From NCBI RefSeq assembly GCF_009914755.1, contig NC_060937.1: a stretch of DNA of 64,000 bases, one strand, 5' to 3'. Below the pieces are notes generated by a model that was not told where the DNA came from, did no database searches, and worked only from the letters and a program-made list of their open reading frames with translations. The position numbers and the translations under genes were made by a program. Shown in pieces: positions 44,590 through 63,346 of this stretch. Position 1 is the first letter of the stretch. Each line of letters opens with the position of its first letter. Source of the stretch: the human T2T-CHM13v2.0 reference genome, Homo sapiens.

Positions 44590-44793
44590 CCACAGAAGTG
44601 CAGGGAAGATGAGGAGCACGTGGGGCCCCTGGAGCTGGTGAGAGGAAGGGACCAGAGTCTCCCTTGCACCCCAGAAGAAGCCAGCCCACCTGGATGTTGG
44701 CCTTCTTTGTCCAGAACTGGGAGGGAACACACGTCTGTTGCTGCGAGCCACCTGGCCTGTGGCCTTTGTGACAGCAGCCCCGGGAGACTAATG
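44590..44793 (+). mobile_element. MLT1 LTR 3' fragment
   Basis: gagctgg..tctccct..ccagaagaagccagccc..tccagaactg..tctgttg..agccacc..tttgtgacagcagccc..gactaat. Confidence 0.75.
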
Positions 44794-47700
44794 GGAGGCC
44801 CTGCTCTGCTCTCGGCACAGCTGCTGGGGTCCTGCTTCCTCTCTGAGCCCTGACAGGAGTGGCCCGGGAAAGGCTTGGGGCGCTGGCCTGGGGAAGGCTT
44901 GGGGTGTGGTATCCGGGAGCAGGTCCCAGGTGTGCATAGGACTTGCTCAGCTCTTGGCTTTCTGCGTCTCTTCAGGAAGCTTTGTTATGTTGCATGCAAT
45001 GTGCCCAGCACATAGTAGGTCTCCACATGAAGAATGTCACAGCACTGGGCCACCTGCAGGCCATATGTCACCGATGAAGAAACTCCTGAGTTATTTTATG
45101 TTTTCTTTTCTCTATATAAGTATATTGCACACGTGGCCTGGCCACACACATGTGCTCCTGGCCATGTGGGTCAAGTGGTCATCCTGTTAGACTGTGCAGC
45201 CCTACCCAGTGCAAAGCCCAACCCAACTGCTAAAGGCTCAATGACTTCACGGGCATTCATGATCCACGGAGTCCGGGATAATTAAATATTCAGCCCCCGA
45301 CCCCATGGACATGTGGACCATTAGACACATTTCCCATGAACGCTTCTGTGTGAGGCACAGAGAAGCCACAAACCCACCTCCTGCTCTGGGAGCTTAGGAT
45401 CAAGTTGCAAAGGTCACACGTCTATAGATATTTGAAGCTAGAAGGGTTGAAAGAAGGAAGGGATTACTTCTGCTGGGAAATCTGGAGGTAGGAAGTGAAC
45501 AAGCTTGGGGCGGGGGTAGAGGAGGACGGGCAGTGTCTTGTTGAGGCTGTCGGTCGGGGAGGGCTGGCTAGCACCTGACTGCAGTGGTCCTTGTTCAGCT
45601 GCTGAGAGTAGGAGGCCCGCAGGGCCTGCGCCCGGCCTAAGAGGCCTTGTGCACGATGGCTGCCCAGGTCTGGGCAAAGGAATTGTTTGGGAGATACTCT
45701 GTGTTTTGTCCAGACATGAGACCCGGAGCAGTGGTGATCAGAGGCTGCCCTCTGACTCCTGGTGCTCAGGAGCTGGTGCCTGGAGTATGGAGCGCACCCA
45801 GGAGACGTTTGCCAAATGCATGAGCTTCATGTGACACCTGCTGTGCGGAAATGGACACACAGGCGGCAGCTGCACTGCGGACACATATTCCTTGTCTCCA
45901 GCAGCTCAGCAGAAGCTCCTGCTCTTCCTGCTTGTGGCCACCTTCCCATGAGCAAGCAGACCTGAGATCTGCTCACCCGGCTCCCCAGGGCGTTGCTTTG
46001 GTGGTCTTTCTGCCCCCCCTCACCCCCCGCAGCATGTCTCTGCTTCCATAGTTGTTACTTTGAAACTGCTCTGCCTGGCCCTGGCTGGGGGCAGTCTGCG
46101 GGCCTGAGAAGGGCTTTGTCTCAGGGGAGGCATCCAACTGTTCCCAAGCAGGCAGTACCCGGCTGGCTGGAGAGCTATTCACGGCCGCAGGGTGAAAGGG
46201 GCTGCTTGCCATGAGCAGTCCGACAGGGCTAATGGGGTATTTTTCCCTGAACTATTACCCCATCAGTTTACCACCTGCCTTGTTACTAGGCTGCGGGCTA
46301 TTTACATGGTCAGCTGATAAGTGATAGGTAAGCATGTTAATTGAAATCTTGGGGGAGAAAACCTGATGTTTCAAAGATCCCAGTGTTGGGGGGATGGAGC
46401 ATGTGTATTGCCAGTAGGCATTTATTTTCTGTGTTGGGGTCTGGTGGGGACAGAGATGGTGGCATGTTCATGGGGCTTCCACTTCAGAATACAAATCCCG
46501 CTGACAAAGAAGAAGGCAGGGGCTGACCTCGCCGGGGAGCATGTGCAGGAGCAGGCACGTGTGTTATGTTTGTGGGTAACAATGTCCTGGCAAAGACACC
46601 ACGCAACAAGATGTCCGCAAGCCCACTGTCCCATCTCAGTGTCTCTGAATTTGCTCTTTAAATATTTTTGAAGACCTACCGTGTGGTTGGATTGTGTTAA
46701 AGGTTATTTCTTTTTGTAAATAAGTTAGCATTGGGAATTTGTTATTTACAAAGGAACCAGTAATAATTCTTTTTATGTAATGAATCCTTATCTCCTGATT
46801 TATCTGATTTCAAAGTTCAGGTTTTTAGCAGGTTGGGTATTTATTTCAATGTCAACTTCTCCTCAAGCCCCATGGACATTCTACCAAGAGGTAGTAGTTA
46901 TTTTCAGAATCCAAAAATACATATATACAATGCAAGAAGTTTAAGAATGAGTGAACACTAGAGTTAGGAAACGGAGGCTTTCATGGAAACAGAATTCATC
47001 CTCGTGGCTCGTGGCATTCCGATCACAAGTTAAACTATTTGAAATGATGGCTTAATAGGCACCCCTCGCAGTGTGGGGGAGATAATGAGTGTAGAGTGCT
47101 CGACTTCTCACTGCCTGACTGCTTCGTGTTGAAATTAGTAAATGTACTATCATAGGAAAATGGATTTTTGAATTTAATTTTCATTCTTTCCACATTCCTA
47201 TGCCCAAAAGATAGGGAAGAGACAGCATTCTCGAGAGTCATGTTTTAAAGTCATCCAGGTGGGCTCCAAATTAAAGTGTCCTGCTGCCTTTGGCGAGTGG
47301 CAAGGGACAGGCGTGGGGAGCTAAACACAGCCTGGATGGAGACTGAGCGGAGCCTGCCGGCATTCGCTGGGGGAGTCAAGTGCGGGACGGGCGGCTTATC
47401 ACGGACCATGAGGGCATCTCAGAGGACACAAGACGGCCATATGATCACCCGGCATGGGGTGTCTGGGGGTCCATGCTGGAAGCAGACAGCTCCCTCTGCA
47501 CCCCTTCAAGGTTGGGCTTGGGTACCAAGGACACTCCAGGTTTACAGTGGGCGACTTGAGTTTACAGGATGAGTCCTGTTAGTGCAGAGAGTGGCCCCTG
47601 ATCTTAGTTGATCTGCCACCAAGTTTTGCTAATTATAGAAGTGTATGTTTGTGTGTTTCTGGGGTATGACTTGCCTTATCCCAGCCCCAAGTGCCTTTTT

Positions 47701-50700
47701 CAGGAGTTGCTGAAGAGCTCTCCTCACAGTCACCCTGCTTCTGTCCAGCCTTTTCTGCAAGGTCACTGAGAACAACGTCTCCGCTGTGCCTCTGCCCAGG
47801 CCCGTGCCTGGCTTGCTTCGCCAGGGCCAAGTCAAACTTTGAGGCCTCCCAGGGAGACCCGTGTCAGTCTTGGCCTCCAGAAGCTACTGCCCACAGCTGG
47901 GCTCTGTGAGCCCTGAGCATCCGGCCTGGCTTCCTCCTGCCCCCAGCACCGTCCCTCCTCCCAGTCCAGCTCCCAGCCCGCTTCTGCTAGGAAACCCGGT
48001 TTCCTAACACACCACTCACAACAGCTCATGCCCTGTCTCTGTCAGATCCCTGTGGGGCAAGTGCCTTCAGCTCGGCCACTTCCTAAAGCTCAGTTTCCTC
48101 ATCAGTAAGAGAGAGCACTGCTGGCTTTCAGGGAATTCTCGTGGGAGTAAAGTAAAAGTTAAACTTATTTTTATAAATAAAAACTACAGTTAGCAGTTGG
48201 AGTTTACAGAGCTCCTGCTGTGACCCAGGCACGACTCTTGGTGTTGGGGATCCACTGTGAACTAACGAAGTGAACTCAGGAAGGTAACCCTGGAAACCAC
48301 CGCATGCACCCTCCCTGAGGGGATTCACATCCCATTGCTGCATCCACCCCACTGGGCCTGAACTGGGGGACCAGGACCCCCACAACTGCTTGGGTGAAAC
48401 TCAGAGGCGCCTTGCATTTTCAGAAGGCCACTTTACTAGAAGTGACATCTCCAGGAGCTGTGCTATGTGAGCCTCGCCTTTTACTACATCTCTTTTAACT
48501 AGAAGCACATCCTGTAAGAGCCTAGGATGGCGTCCTTGTGGCGATGTTTGTGGCAGTCCCTGTTTTGGTCCTGCATGAGCCTGTGCTCGGCAAGAGCAAA
48601 GCCCAGTCATCCCTGGGTCTGCTTTTGGAATATGTTGTGGTGCTTAATGAGAAGGCTCATCATACAAGAGCATGGCGGTGTTGTAAATACACAGAATAGG
48701 AATTACATGTATAAATTAGGAAGTTAGAGACAACCGGTTCTGACTGCAATTTGCCTGTTTAAATTTTGTAGCATGTCTGATTTTCCATCTTCTTGTACAA
48801 TAAAGCAACTTGTAAGCAAGGGCTGTGTAGGGTTTTCTCACTGCTTTTTCCTTTTCCTTTCTTCTCTCCCTCTCTTTCCTACTAAGTTCTTGCTATAGGA
48901 GGAAATAGAACTTTTTAAAAACTTCTTGGATTGTGTGTGCCTAACTCTTCAACCTTTGCATTAATATACATTTTTCTTTATATTTAATTTTGGTGACAGC
49001 CAAATTACATGCCCTTAATTGAATTAACACAAATTAGAGCTGAAAGGGGTTGAGGTATGAAAATTTGGGATGTTTCTTGAAAGCTTTCTTATTGCTGAGG
49101 CATGCTGAAAAAAAATCTCTCTTTTTCAGGAACGACACCAATTAAAGACACGTTAGAGTTAATACCGGCAATGCCTTCCCATAGCGGGAGTGATTCATCA
49201 CTGCTTCTGAACCTATTATTTAGAAACTCAAATGCCATGCATTGAAAACCAGGACTAGCTTCAGGGATGTGCCTGGGTCTGGAGGGACTCGCCCCTCTGG
49301 GTGGCTGCTCCCACACCCACTCAGGAACCTGGAGGCACTGGAGCTGACCCTTACTTGAGGTTGACGGAGGAACTTGACGTGCCAACATGCTTTAGAAAAT
49401 GGTGCAGGAACGAAAGAGCAGAGACACATTTTAGAAATTCCAGGGACCTCAGGTTGAACTGAGCCTTAAAGGCCACTGGACTCAGACTCTCCTGCTGCCA
49501 GCCCCTTGCTGAGGTTCTTCTTCCTGTTAGCACCTCTGTGATGGTCCATTCCCTCCACCTCCTGAGAGCTCCCGCCATCTTTCAATGGTGAAATCTATAA
49601 GTGAATGGTTTCTTAGATGAAGCAGGGCTCCATCGCCCTGTAGTCCCCTGACTGTTGATCTTGGCCCCAGCTCAGAAACACTGGATCCTGACTCGATAAC
49701 AGCACGTCTTCAGGCATTTGAAGGCAGCTACCCTGTCCATTTCAAGTCTTCTTCAGAGTAAAACCCCTCAGCTCCTCCGGCTTTCTCTCCTGGGCTGTGC
49801 ATTTGTGTCCCTTCACATCTTTGCATGGAAGGAAACACAGCCGCTTCTTGAGGGCACTGGTCTGCAAGTGAGGTCCCCAGGCAGCAGCATCAGCAGGTGG
49901 GCTGGGCACAGCTCTCCATGTTCTAACACGCTTCCCAGGTGTTCGAATGCACGCTGAAGCTCAGTGGCCATTGCTCTAGCTTTCTAACCATTCCTGTGCA
50001 AAGATGTGATAAGGATGCAGAAATACAGCTTCCTCTGCACACGAGGGCAGGGTGGGGACTCAGGAAGCCTCCCGCCTGGCCCGCAGCGGCCCCTTTCCTC
50101 ACTCTGCATGTGAAGTGGTTCTCGCTCTCTCTGCATAACCTGTGGGGGGAAACCCTCCCTGGATATGCTGAGGTCAACTCCAGGGCTGGGCTTTGGTGGA
50201 CCTCCCAGAGCTCACGAGTTTCTGTTGACAGCCAGCTGCTACCAGGTGTGGGCCAGAGCCCCGAGCTTCTTTTCCTATAGCATGGGGGGTGTTTGTCCTG
50301 TGCTCAGCCCTCCCCTAACCCGGCTAGTCCTCAGCTGCCCCAGGGGCACCTGGGCCCTCACCAAGCAGCTGGCCTGGAAAGAGACTCACGGTGGGCCATG
50401 GGTGACTTGGTTTAAAGGACAAAAGGACTCTGGGTGCATTTCTCCTGCCATACAGGCCATGAGGGAAGAGAAGAAGCAGACATGTCTCTGTCCCTTCACT
50501 AAGTGTCAGGAGAAAGGAGGAGACGACTGCCCATGGCTGCACTTGCTGCTCTTTCTGGCATTTCTGAGTTACTGGGGCAGCCAAAACATCCCTTCTGTGA
50601 AATGTGTGTGGCTGGTATCAGCTGGCAGCCAGGACAAACTTTGTGCAGCACAAGTGTGGCATTGGAGACCCTCTGTTTCTTGCATCTGCCCTAGGTGAGC

Positions 50701-50843
50701 TGTGAAAGAGCAAGGAGGCCAGGGGAGAGGAGGAGGAGGAGGGCTCAGTGCAGCCTCCAGGCAGCAAGCACCTGCCCAAGGGGCTGCCGAGGGTGAGCAT
50801 GGGCCTCACCGCCAGCCCCCCGCTCATAGGCCACGCCTCACCA

Positions 50844-50878
50844 GAGAAGGTCCTGGAAGTGGAGAAGGTCCTGGAAGT
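50844..50878. repeat. 18-bp tandem duplication (gagaaggtcctggaagt)
   Basis: Directly visible. Confidence 0.9.
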
Positions 50879-51244
50879 TGGCCACGTGCAACAGTTAGGG
50901 CTGAGCAACCGGGGGTGCTCAAGGCATCAGTCACAACAGGAAGAAAGTGAAATACCAGGGCTGCTCCCCGCTGGGGAAAACCTGTGTGCCTCCTGTACAG
51001 AAGGGCCTTTTTATTGTTAATCTGAGAAAGAATGTTCCGTGAGGCTTGCTTCCAGCTACAAAGGGCCACCTGTAGATAGATATTGGTGATGTCTTCTTAG
51101 GTTGGAATTACTGCTCAAGCTCCATTGGGAAACTCAATTTTCCTTTTTTTTTTTGGTGGGGGCAAAGATTGAATGGAATCGATGATGTGGTCTGAGCAGA
51201 ATTATTGCATTGTGTGGGCCAGTGAGAGCAAACCTTAAGAAATT

Positions 51245-51730
<486 letters not shown>

Positions 51731-52650
51731 CTTTCTAGAAAGTAAAGTCTGAGCATTTGGGAGGGTGGGAATGGAGAACTCTTTTATCCGGATAAGAGCA
51801 GGCCGCACATAGACGTGTAACTGAGGGAACCAGCCAGGTGAGCCTGAGGCAGATCAGAGATTTGCAATGTCCCAGCAGGTATGGCAAGGGGTGCCCTGAA
51901 ATTCTCCTGGTGGAATTTTGACAGGGAGTCCTCATAAAATTACATATAAATAAAGAATCCTATAAGTCTATAACAAAAGAGAAAATAAAATTTCCTTTTT
52001 TTCTCTTGTTCTCTCAAGGACACACCTGGTAAGTCTCCTCTTTCTAGGAATCAAAAAGCACCTTGGCCAGCAAGTGGGTTTTCAGCGCTTACCTGACTTG
52101 CAGGTACACCATGGCCTGCTGAGCAGTTCACTCACATGCACGGCGAGAAAACAGGACTGTCCCTGCCGAGTGTCATGATGGCAGCGGTCACTCTATTAAA
52201 CAGGGACTGTGAACACACCTGACAGGTGTCATCCTAAAGACACGCTAGGCTGTGGACTAAGGTGTAAGGCTGGCTCCATTCTGTGGATCTGGGTTCAGGC
52301 AGTGTTTATTAGAACCAGCTTTCTCCAGTCTGTGGTGTGACTTCCTGGCTTGCTCATGGCACGGTGCTGCGAAGCAACTTTTCCCTCTGGGCCCCCTTCC
52401 TGAGTATATCCCTGGTTTCTCTGGGAAAGCCTTCCTCACTGCCCTCTCCCTTCCCTCACACCAGCTGCATTCATTTCTCCCTTCTCTGTCCCCTGGGAAG
52501 GAGCTGGAATGTGGGTCACGTCCTGCCGAGATACCTGCTCCATCCAGCTTGGGGCTGGGAGTGCCTCAGAAGCTGACGGCAGAAGGCCCCAGCTTAGCCC
52601 GGCACCCGGCACACAGCAGACACCCCGGGCTCTGGGCTTGAGAGCTATGA

Positions 52651-53144
<494 letters not shown>

Positions 53145-55293
53145 TTTTGCCAAAGTTTCTATGTCATATAAAACCTAGAGAGTGGACATAGTCATCACTC
53201 CTGGAGTCACAGGGCTGCGATAGCTCTGGGCTTCGGGAAAATAAGCTGCTCACATCTTGCTTGCAAAAGCACGGCTTCAAGTGCCGGAGTGGACTCACCA
53301 GAGATAAGCATAAACCTCACAGTGGCAGCTGTGTGGAGATGATTTTTCATTTGCTGGAGGGACTGTCAAAACTCATGGTCCTCGGAGAGTGTCTTTCCCA
53401 CTGTCATGGGTGAGATAAACTTCCCCAAATGCTACCACGGCCAAGCTGCCAACTCCACATTTGCATTAGTAGTTTAGCTACAAATTAAACACGTTGCCAG
53501 CATGCTTTATTTTGGTTTGGGAAGGTAAATTGTAGTAATTATATTGGGACACAGGAATGCATACTTAAATTTGAGGAGAAACACATTGCCAAGGCTTGAA
53601 TCTGTCATTCAGGGATGACTTGGCATATGTGCATCGCACCGAACAAGCTATATTTGCAAATGGGTGCTCCCTTTCTCAAGGTGAACAAGCCAAAATTAAC
53701 CAATGCTTTCTTGCTAGCAAGTCTTCCCGGAGCATCTGAAGGATGATGGGGAACGTTAAAACCATCGTGAAATGTTGGAAACGACAGAAGTTTCTCCAGG
53801 TCTTGCTGGGGAAGCCATTGTGCATCTCCGAGTCAGTGGCGGAGGAAATGTGTGAGTTCATGCAGTTATTCTGAGGCTCTGCATTTACCCCCATAGTCGA
53901 TACCAGGACAAAGGGGCCCCTGGCTGGGCTTTGTCTAGTCAGAGTTCAAGAAAAGAGCTGCAGAAGAAGACGCAAGTGCAGCTCCTAGTTTCGAGGCCTT
54001 GATATATAGGGAGATTTTAAAGTCCTCATCGTAACTCTGCGACACTGTTTCTGTCTCCTTTAAGAGACCAGCAAGGTGATTGGAAAGGCCGGGCCGGGTC
54101 CCTTGTCCTGTGCAGCATAAATCTCTGGAGGGTGACAGGCGCACAATGGCCACACTCCTGTGGCATCAGGGTGGCCGTGTCTGAACTATTTATTAACTGA
54201 AATGTGAATGGGCAAATGAAGGGCCCATTTATATGTTGTGCCGGGAGATGTATTACGGCTGCCTTAAGCATTGATTTCTTTCCTTCGTTGATTCTTGGTT
54301 GGGATATATATGCAGAAACTGCAATCAGGAGGGGTGGTCTTATCAGATCCTAGATATTTCCTCAGACTGTCTGCAGCCATTAACCTTGCATATTATCTGA
54401 CTTTAGTGATTAGTACAAGGCACATAAAACCATATTGATGGCCAGTCTTGGGTTAGAATGGTGAGCTGAGTTATTAGAGGCTGGATTTTGCTGACTTTGT
54501 GATACAAACGATAGTATTATGCTGTTGCCGCGAAATTGCTAATTTGTCATTTCTTTCATGGTGTCGTCAGTGATGTGGTACTAATGAATGAAGCACATAA
54601 TTGTGGGATGCAGCTTTCCTGAGGCTGTATTGAGAGGCAAAGGGTGTCAAGATGCTCTTTGTCCAACAATTCACTCCCTTTTCAGTGCTGTGCTGGGGTC
54701 GTCACAAACACAGTCTCTCATGAATGCCAAGGCCGTTGCGTGTTGAGTTTCCAATGCCGTTCAACCTGCTTTATTTGCTATTTCCAATGGGCAAACTGGT
54801 GGGGTTACATCATTGTCATCTACACTCAAATTCAGAGTCTCTTCCTGCCCTTGGTGATACACAACCTGATAGCTGCACATGCAGTTTTTCTTGACCACCA
54901 GCAACTCCAGGTTCGCAGACCCCCCTGAAAATGTGCTTTCCAAGCTTGCTCCTCAAAGGGAGCCCTGGATAATGGCACATTGCCAAAAAGACAAATAGTC
55001 CCATTGTGTATCCCAGCGTGGGATGGAGGCTGAAGCTGCTTCGTTATGTTCAGGGCCCAGTGCCCAACCTGTGTTACGGTATCAGTGGGGTCCGGGCAAA
55101 CTTAGAATCATGGAGCTTGAACATTGGGAAGGGCCACGGTGATCTTCTCAGCCCTTCCTTTCTCCTGATGAATCTATGGGGCCAGAAAAAACTGAAGTCA
55201 AGAGATGGTTAGTGGTCCAACCAAAACTCACATTAGGTTTCTAGTCCCCTAACTCAGGGCCATCTCCATACTAGGATTTGCCCCTGGAAGTGA

Positions 55294-55637
<344 letters not shown>

Positions 55638-56694
55638 AGGGCCTTGTTCAAAGACTGGATTTGATTAGACGTTGCTGGAGTTGGTCACCTCCTCCCTGTT
55701 TCTGCATCTAAATGTGCCGGGTGTCGCCAGTGGATGGCAGGGCATGGAGGGATGGAGGACAGAGAACTCAACTCCAAAGGACGGAAGAGAGAGGAAGCCT
55801 TTGTTAAGAAATGCTTTCTTCTAAGAAATTTCCAATAAAAATCTGCATTGGCTGAACTTTATAAGGCATCATTATACTCTGAAGTGTAAACTATAGCAAG
55901 ATATAAATGGAATATAAGTGCCTAGGCCCAATGTAATGCTCCTGAAGAAATAAACATGAATAATAGTTAAGCATTTCAAACTTTGGCTGGAGCACCTACG
56001 TTGGGTCAGCTCTCTTCTCGAAGCCAGAAGGTGTTGGTGGAGTGTGTGCTATACCTGGGTTCACGCTGCGTCACCAGCCCAGAGCTCCTGTGCCTGGCTT
56101 CTCTCGCCCACACATTCACAATGCTTGCTGAGCACCTGCTCTGGGCTAGGCTCTGGAGGTAAAGTGCTGCACATGCCCGCCACAGCTTCTGCTCTCAGGG
56201 AGCACCACGGTCCCATGGGGCAGAGAGACGGTGAAGAGGTCACTGTGGCAAGGGCTGTGGGCACGTAACAGAGGCGCTTACCCGCAGGGTGAGGAGGCAC
56301 TTGGCGGGGAAAATCCCCAGGTCTTGTTTCCTCTCAAGATACTATGCCTTGTGGTCTTCTGGCCTCTCCTTCTCTTTCTTTTCAGGGCTGCCTTGCATAG
56401 TAGCAGAACAATGCCCAGTGGATCCCGAGTTGAGAGCCTTTTGATGTTGTTCTAACATATATCCGTGCAGTCTGCTCATGTACGTCGCTGGTTTTTCTCT
56501 TGGGAGGTCCATGCCTGGATGGGTTATAGCAATCATTCTTGAGTGTCTAACAGAAGTCCATAAATGGGCAACTCCAGGCTTTCCATCTGTTAAACATTCA
56601 TCGTCCATGGCACATGTGGGTGTTGGCACCAAGTCTGAGTGCCCCTCAGAGCAGATTTCCCATGACAGTTCTTATTGTTAAAACCCTCCTAATT

Positions 56695-57285
56695 TTTTTA
56701 AAAAAATTTTCTTACAGAAAAATTTAAATGTATATAAAAGAGGACCTGAGTGTAATGAACCTGTACATGCCCATCACCCACGTGCAGTCATTAGCCATTT
56801 GTGGCCAATCTTGATTCATCCATAACCCTCCCAGCTCACCTCATCTTATATTTTTAAAACAAACCCAAGATGTCAGATCGTTTAATCTGTAAATATTTCA
56901 GCATGCATCTCTAAAAGACAAAGACAATTTTAAATATAATAACAATGACATTTTAACACCTAAAAACTATCATTTTCCCCTTAATATCATCAAATATCCA
57001 ATGTCCAAATTTCCAACAGCTTCAGACGATCAACAGTTTTTCTTTGAATCAAGATCCACATAAGATCTGTAGACTGCAATAAATGGCTGTCTCTTACATG
57101 TCTTTTTATCTGTAGAATTCCTCCACCATCTTGGTTTCTTCCCTTTGCAATTCATGTGTTGGATTGGAGAAATCAAGTTGTTTGTTGCATAGTTTCCCAC
57201 AGTTCGGATTTTATTGATTGCATCTCTGTGTTGTGTCTAACTTGTTCTTCTATCCCCTGTATTTCCTCCAGATTGGTAGTTGGAT
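56695..57285 (-). mobile_element. L1MC-like 3' region (continues at ~63680-63900)
   Basis: gtaatgaacc..cccatcaccc..tggccaatcttg..ctgtaaatatttcagcatg..tttgaatcaagatcca motifs. Confidence 0.7.
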
Positions 57286-57289
57286 GCCA

Positions 57290-57447
57290 AGATTCTCAAT
57301 GAGGAAGGTAACCACTGTTCAGGGGATGCTTGGCAATGTCTGGAGATATTTTCAGTTGTCACAATGGGTTAGTCTGGTGGGTAGAGGGCAGGGATGCTAC
57401 TCCACACCATACAATGTGCAGGAGAGCCCCCACTACAAAGAATTATT
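57290..57447 (+). mobile_element. MER20 left part (right part at 63626-63677)
   Basis: ttctcaa..caggggatgcttggcaatgtctggaga..ttgtcacaa..gggtagagg..cagggatgcta..tacaatgtgcagga.agccccc..acaaagaattat. Confidence 0.88.
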
Positions 57448-57667
57448 TTTATTTTTTATTTTTTATTACACTTTAAGTTCTAGGGTACATGTGCACAGTG
57501 TGCAGGTTTGTTACATATGTATACATGTGCCATGTTGGTGTGCTGCACCCGTTAACTTGTCATTTACATTAGGTATATCTCTTAATGCTATCCTTCCCCC
57601 CTCCCCCACCCCACAACAGGCCCCGGTGTCTGATGTTCCCCTTCCTGTGTCCAAGTGTTCTCATTGT

Positions 57668-61508
<3,841 letters not shown>

Positions 61509-61571
61509 TATGATGTTAGCTGGTTATTTTGCTCGTTTGTTGATGCAGTTTCTTCCTAGCATCGAAAGTCT

Positions 61572-62588
61572 TTACAATTTGGCATGTTTTTGCAGTGGCT
61601 GGTACCAGTTGTTCCTTTCCATGTGTAGTGCTTCCTTCAGGAGCTCTTGTAGGGCAGGCCTGGTGGTGACAAAATCTCTCAGCATTTGCTTGTCTGTAAA
61701 GGGTTCTATTTCTCCTTCACTTATGAAGCTTAGTTTGGCTGGATATGAAATTCTGGGTTGAAAGTTCTTTTCTTTAAGAATGTTGAATATTGGCCCCCAC
61801 TCTCTTCTGGCTTGTAGAGTTTCTGCCGAGAGATCTGCTGTTAGTCTGATGGGCTTCCCTTTGTGGGTAACCTGAGCTTTCTCTCTGGCTGCCCTTAACA
61901 TTTTTTCCTTCATTTCAACTTTGGTGAATCTGACAATTACGTGTCTTGGAGTTGCTCTTCTTGAGGAGTATCTTTGCGGTGTTCTGTGTATTTCCTGAAT
62001 TTGAATGTTGGCCTGCCTTGCTAGGTTGGGGAAGTTCTCCTGGATAATATCCTGCAGAGTGTTTTCCAACTTGGTTCCATTCTCCCCGTCACTTTCAGGT
62101 ACACCAATCAGACATAGATTTGGTCTTTTCACATATTCCCATATTTCTTGGAGGCTTTGTTCATTTCTTTTTACTCCTTTTTCTCTAAGCTTCTCTTCTC
62201 ACTTCATTTCATTCATTTGATCTTCAATCACTGATACCCTTTCCTTCAGTTGATCGAATCGGCTACTGAAGCTTGTGCATTCATCACGTAGTTCTCATGC
62301 CATGGTTTTCAGCTTCATCAGGTCATTTAAGGACTTCTCCACACTGGTTATTCTAGTTAGCCATTTGTCTAATCTTTTTTCACAGTTTTTGGCTTCTTTG
62401 TGATGGGTTCGAACTTCCTCCTTTAGCTTGGAGAAATTTGATCTTCTGAAGACTTCTTCTCTCAACTCGTCAAAGTCATTCTCTGTCCAGCTTTGTTCCA
62501 TTGCTGCTGAGGAGCTGTGTTCCTTTGGAGGGGGAGAAGCGCCCTGATTTTTAGAATTTTCACCTTTTCTGCTCTGTTTTTTCCCCAT
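61572..62588 (-). pseudogene. L1 ORF1 (RNA-binding), disrupted
   Basis: MGKKQSRK...QPLQKHAKL spans 339 codons in one frame with two in-frame TGA stops (after ..KTMA and ..NEMK), consistent with CGA>TGA decay. Confidence 0.96.
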
Positions 62589-63163
62589 CTTTGTGGTTTT
62601 ATCTACCTTTGGTCTTTGTTGATGGTGACATACAGATGGGGTTTTGGTGTGGATGTCCTTTCTGTTTGTTAGTTTTCCTTCTAACAGTCAGGACCCTCAG
62701 CTGCAGGTCTGTTGGAGTTTGCTGGAGGTCCACTCCAGACCCTGTTTGCCTAGGTATCAGCAGCAGAGGCTGCAGAACAGCGAATATTGCTGAACAGCAA
62801 ATATTGCTGCCCGATCCTTCCTCTGGAAGTTTTGTCTCAGAGGGGTACCCGGCCATGTGAGGTGTCAGTCTGCCCCTATTGGGGGGTGCCTCCCAGTTAG
62901 GCTACTCAGGGGTCAGGGATCGACTTGAGGAGGCAGTCTGTCCGTTCTGAGATCTCAAACTCCATGCTAGGAGAACCACTACTCTCTTCAAAGCTATCAG
63001 ACAGGGATATTTAAATCTGCAGAGGTTTCTGCTGCCTTTTGTTCGGCTATGCCCTGTCCCCACAGGTGGAGTCTACAGAGGCAGGCAGGCCTCCTTGAGC
63101 TGTGGTGGGCTCCACCCAGTTCGAGCTTCCTGGCCACTTTGTTTACCTACCCAAGCCTCAGCA

Positions 63164-63346
63164 ATGGCGGGTGCCCCTCCCCCAGCCTCGCTGCCACCTT
63201 GCAGTTTGATCTCAGACTGCTGTGCTAGCAATGAGCGAGGCTCTGTGGGCATGGGACCCTCTGAGCCAGGCGCAGGATATAATCTCCTGGTGTGCCGTTT
63301 GCTAAGACCATTGGAAAAGTGTAGTATTAGGGTGAGAGTGTCCTGA
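63164..63346 (+). pseudogene. L1 antisense ORF0-like reading frame, 60 aa (shortened)
   Basis: MAGAPPPASLPPCSLISDCCASN.. begins ~460 nt from the L1 5' end on the antisense strand, matching primate L1 ORF0 as I recall it. Confidence 0.75.

Noticed and set aside
62772-62810. Short repeat gaacagc(g/a)aatattgctg in the L1 5' UTR
   Set aside because: As I recall, a similar repeat is part of the L1PA4-type consensus.
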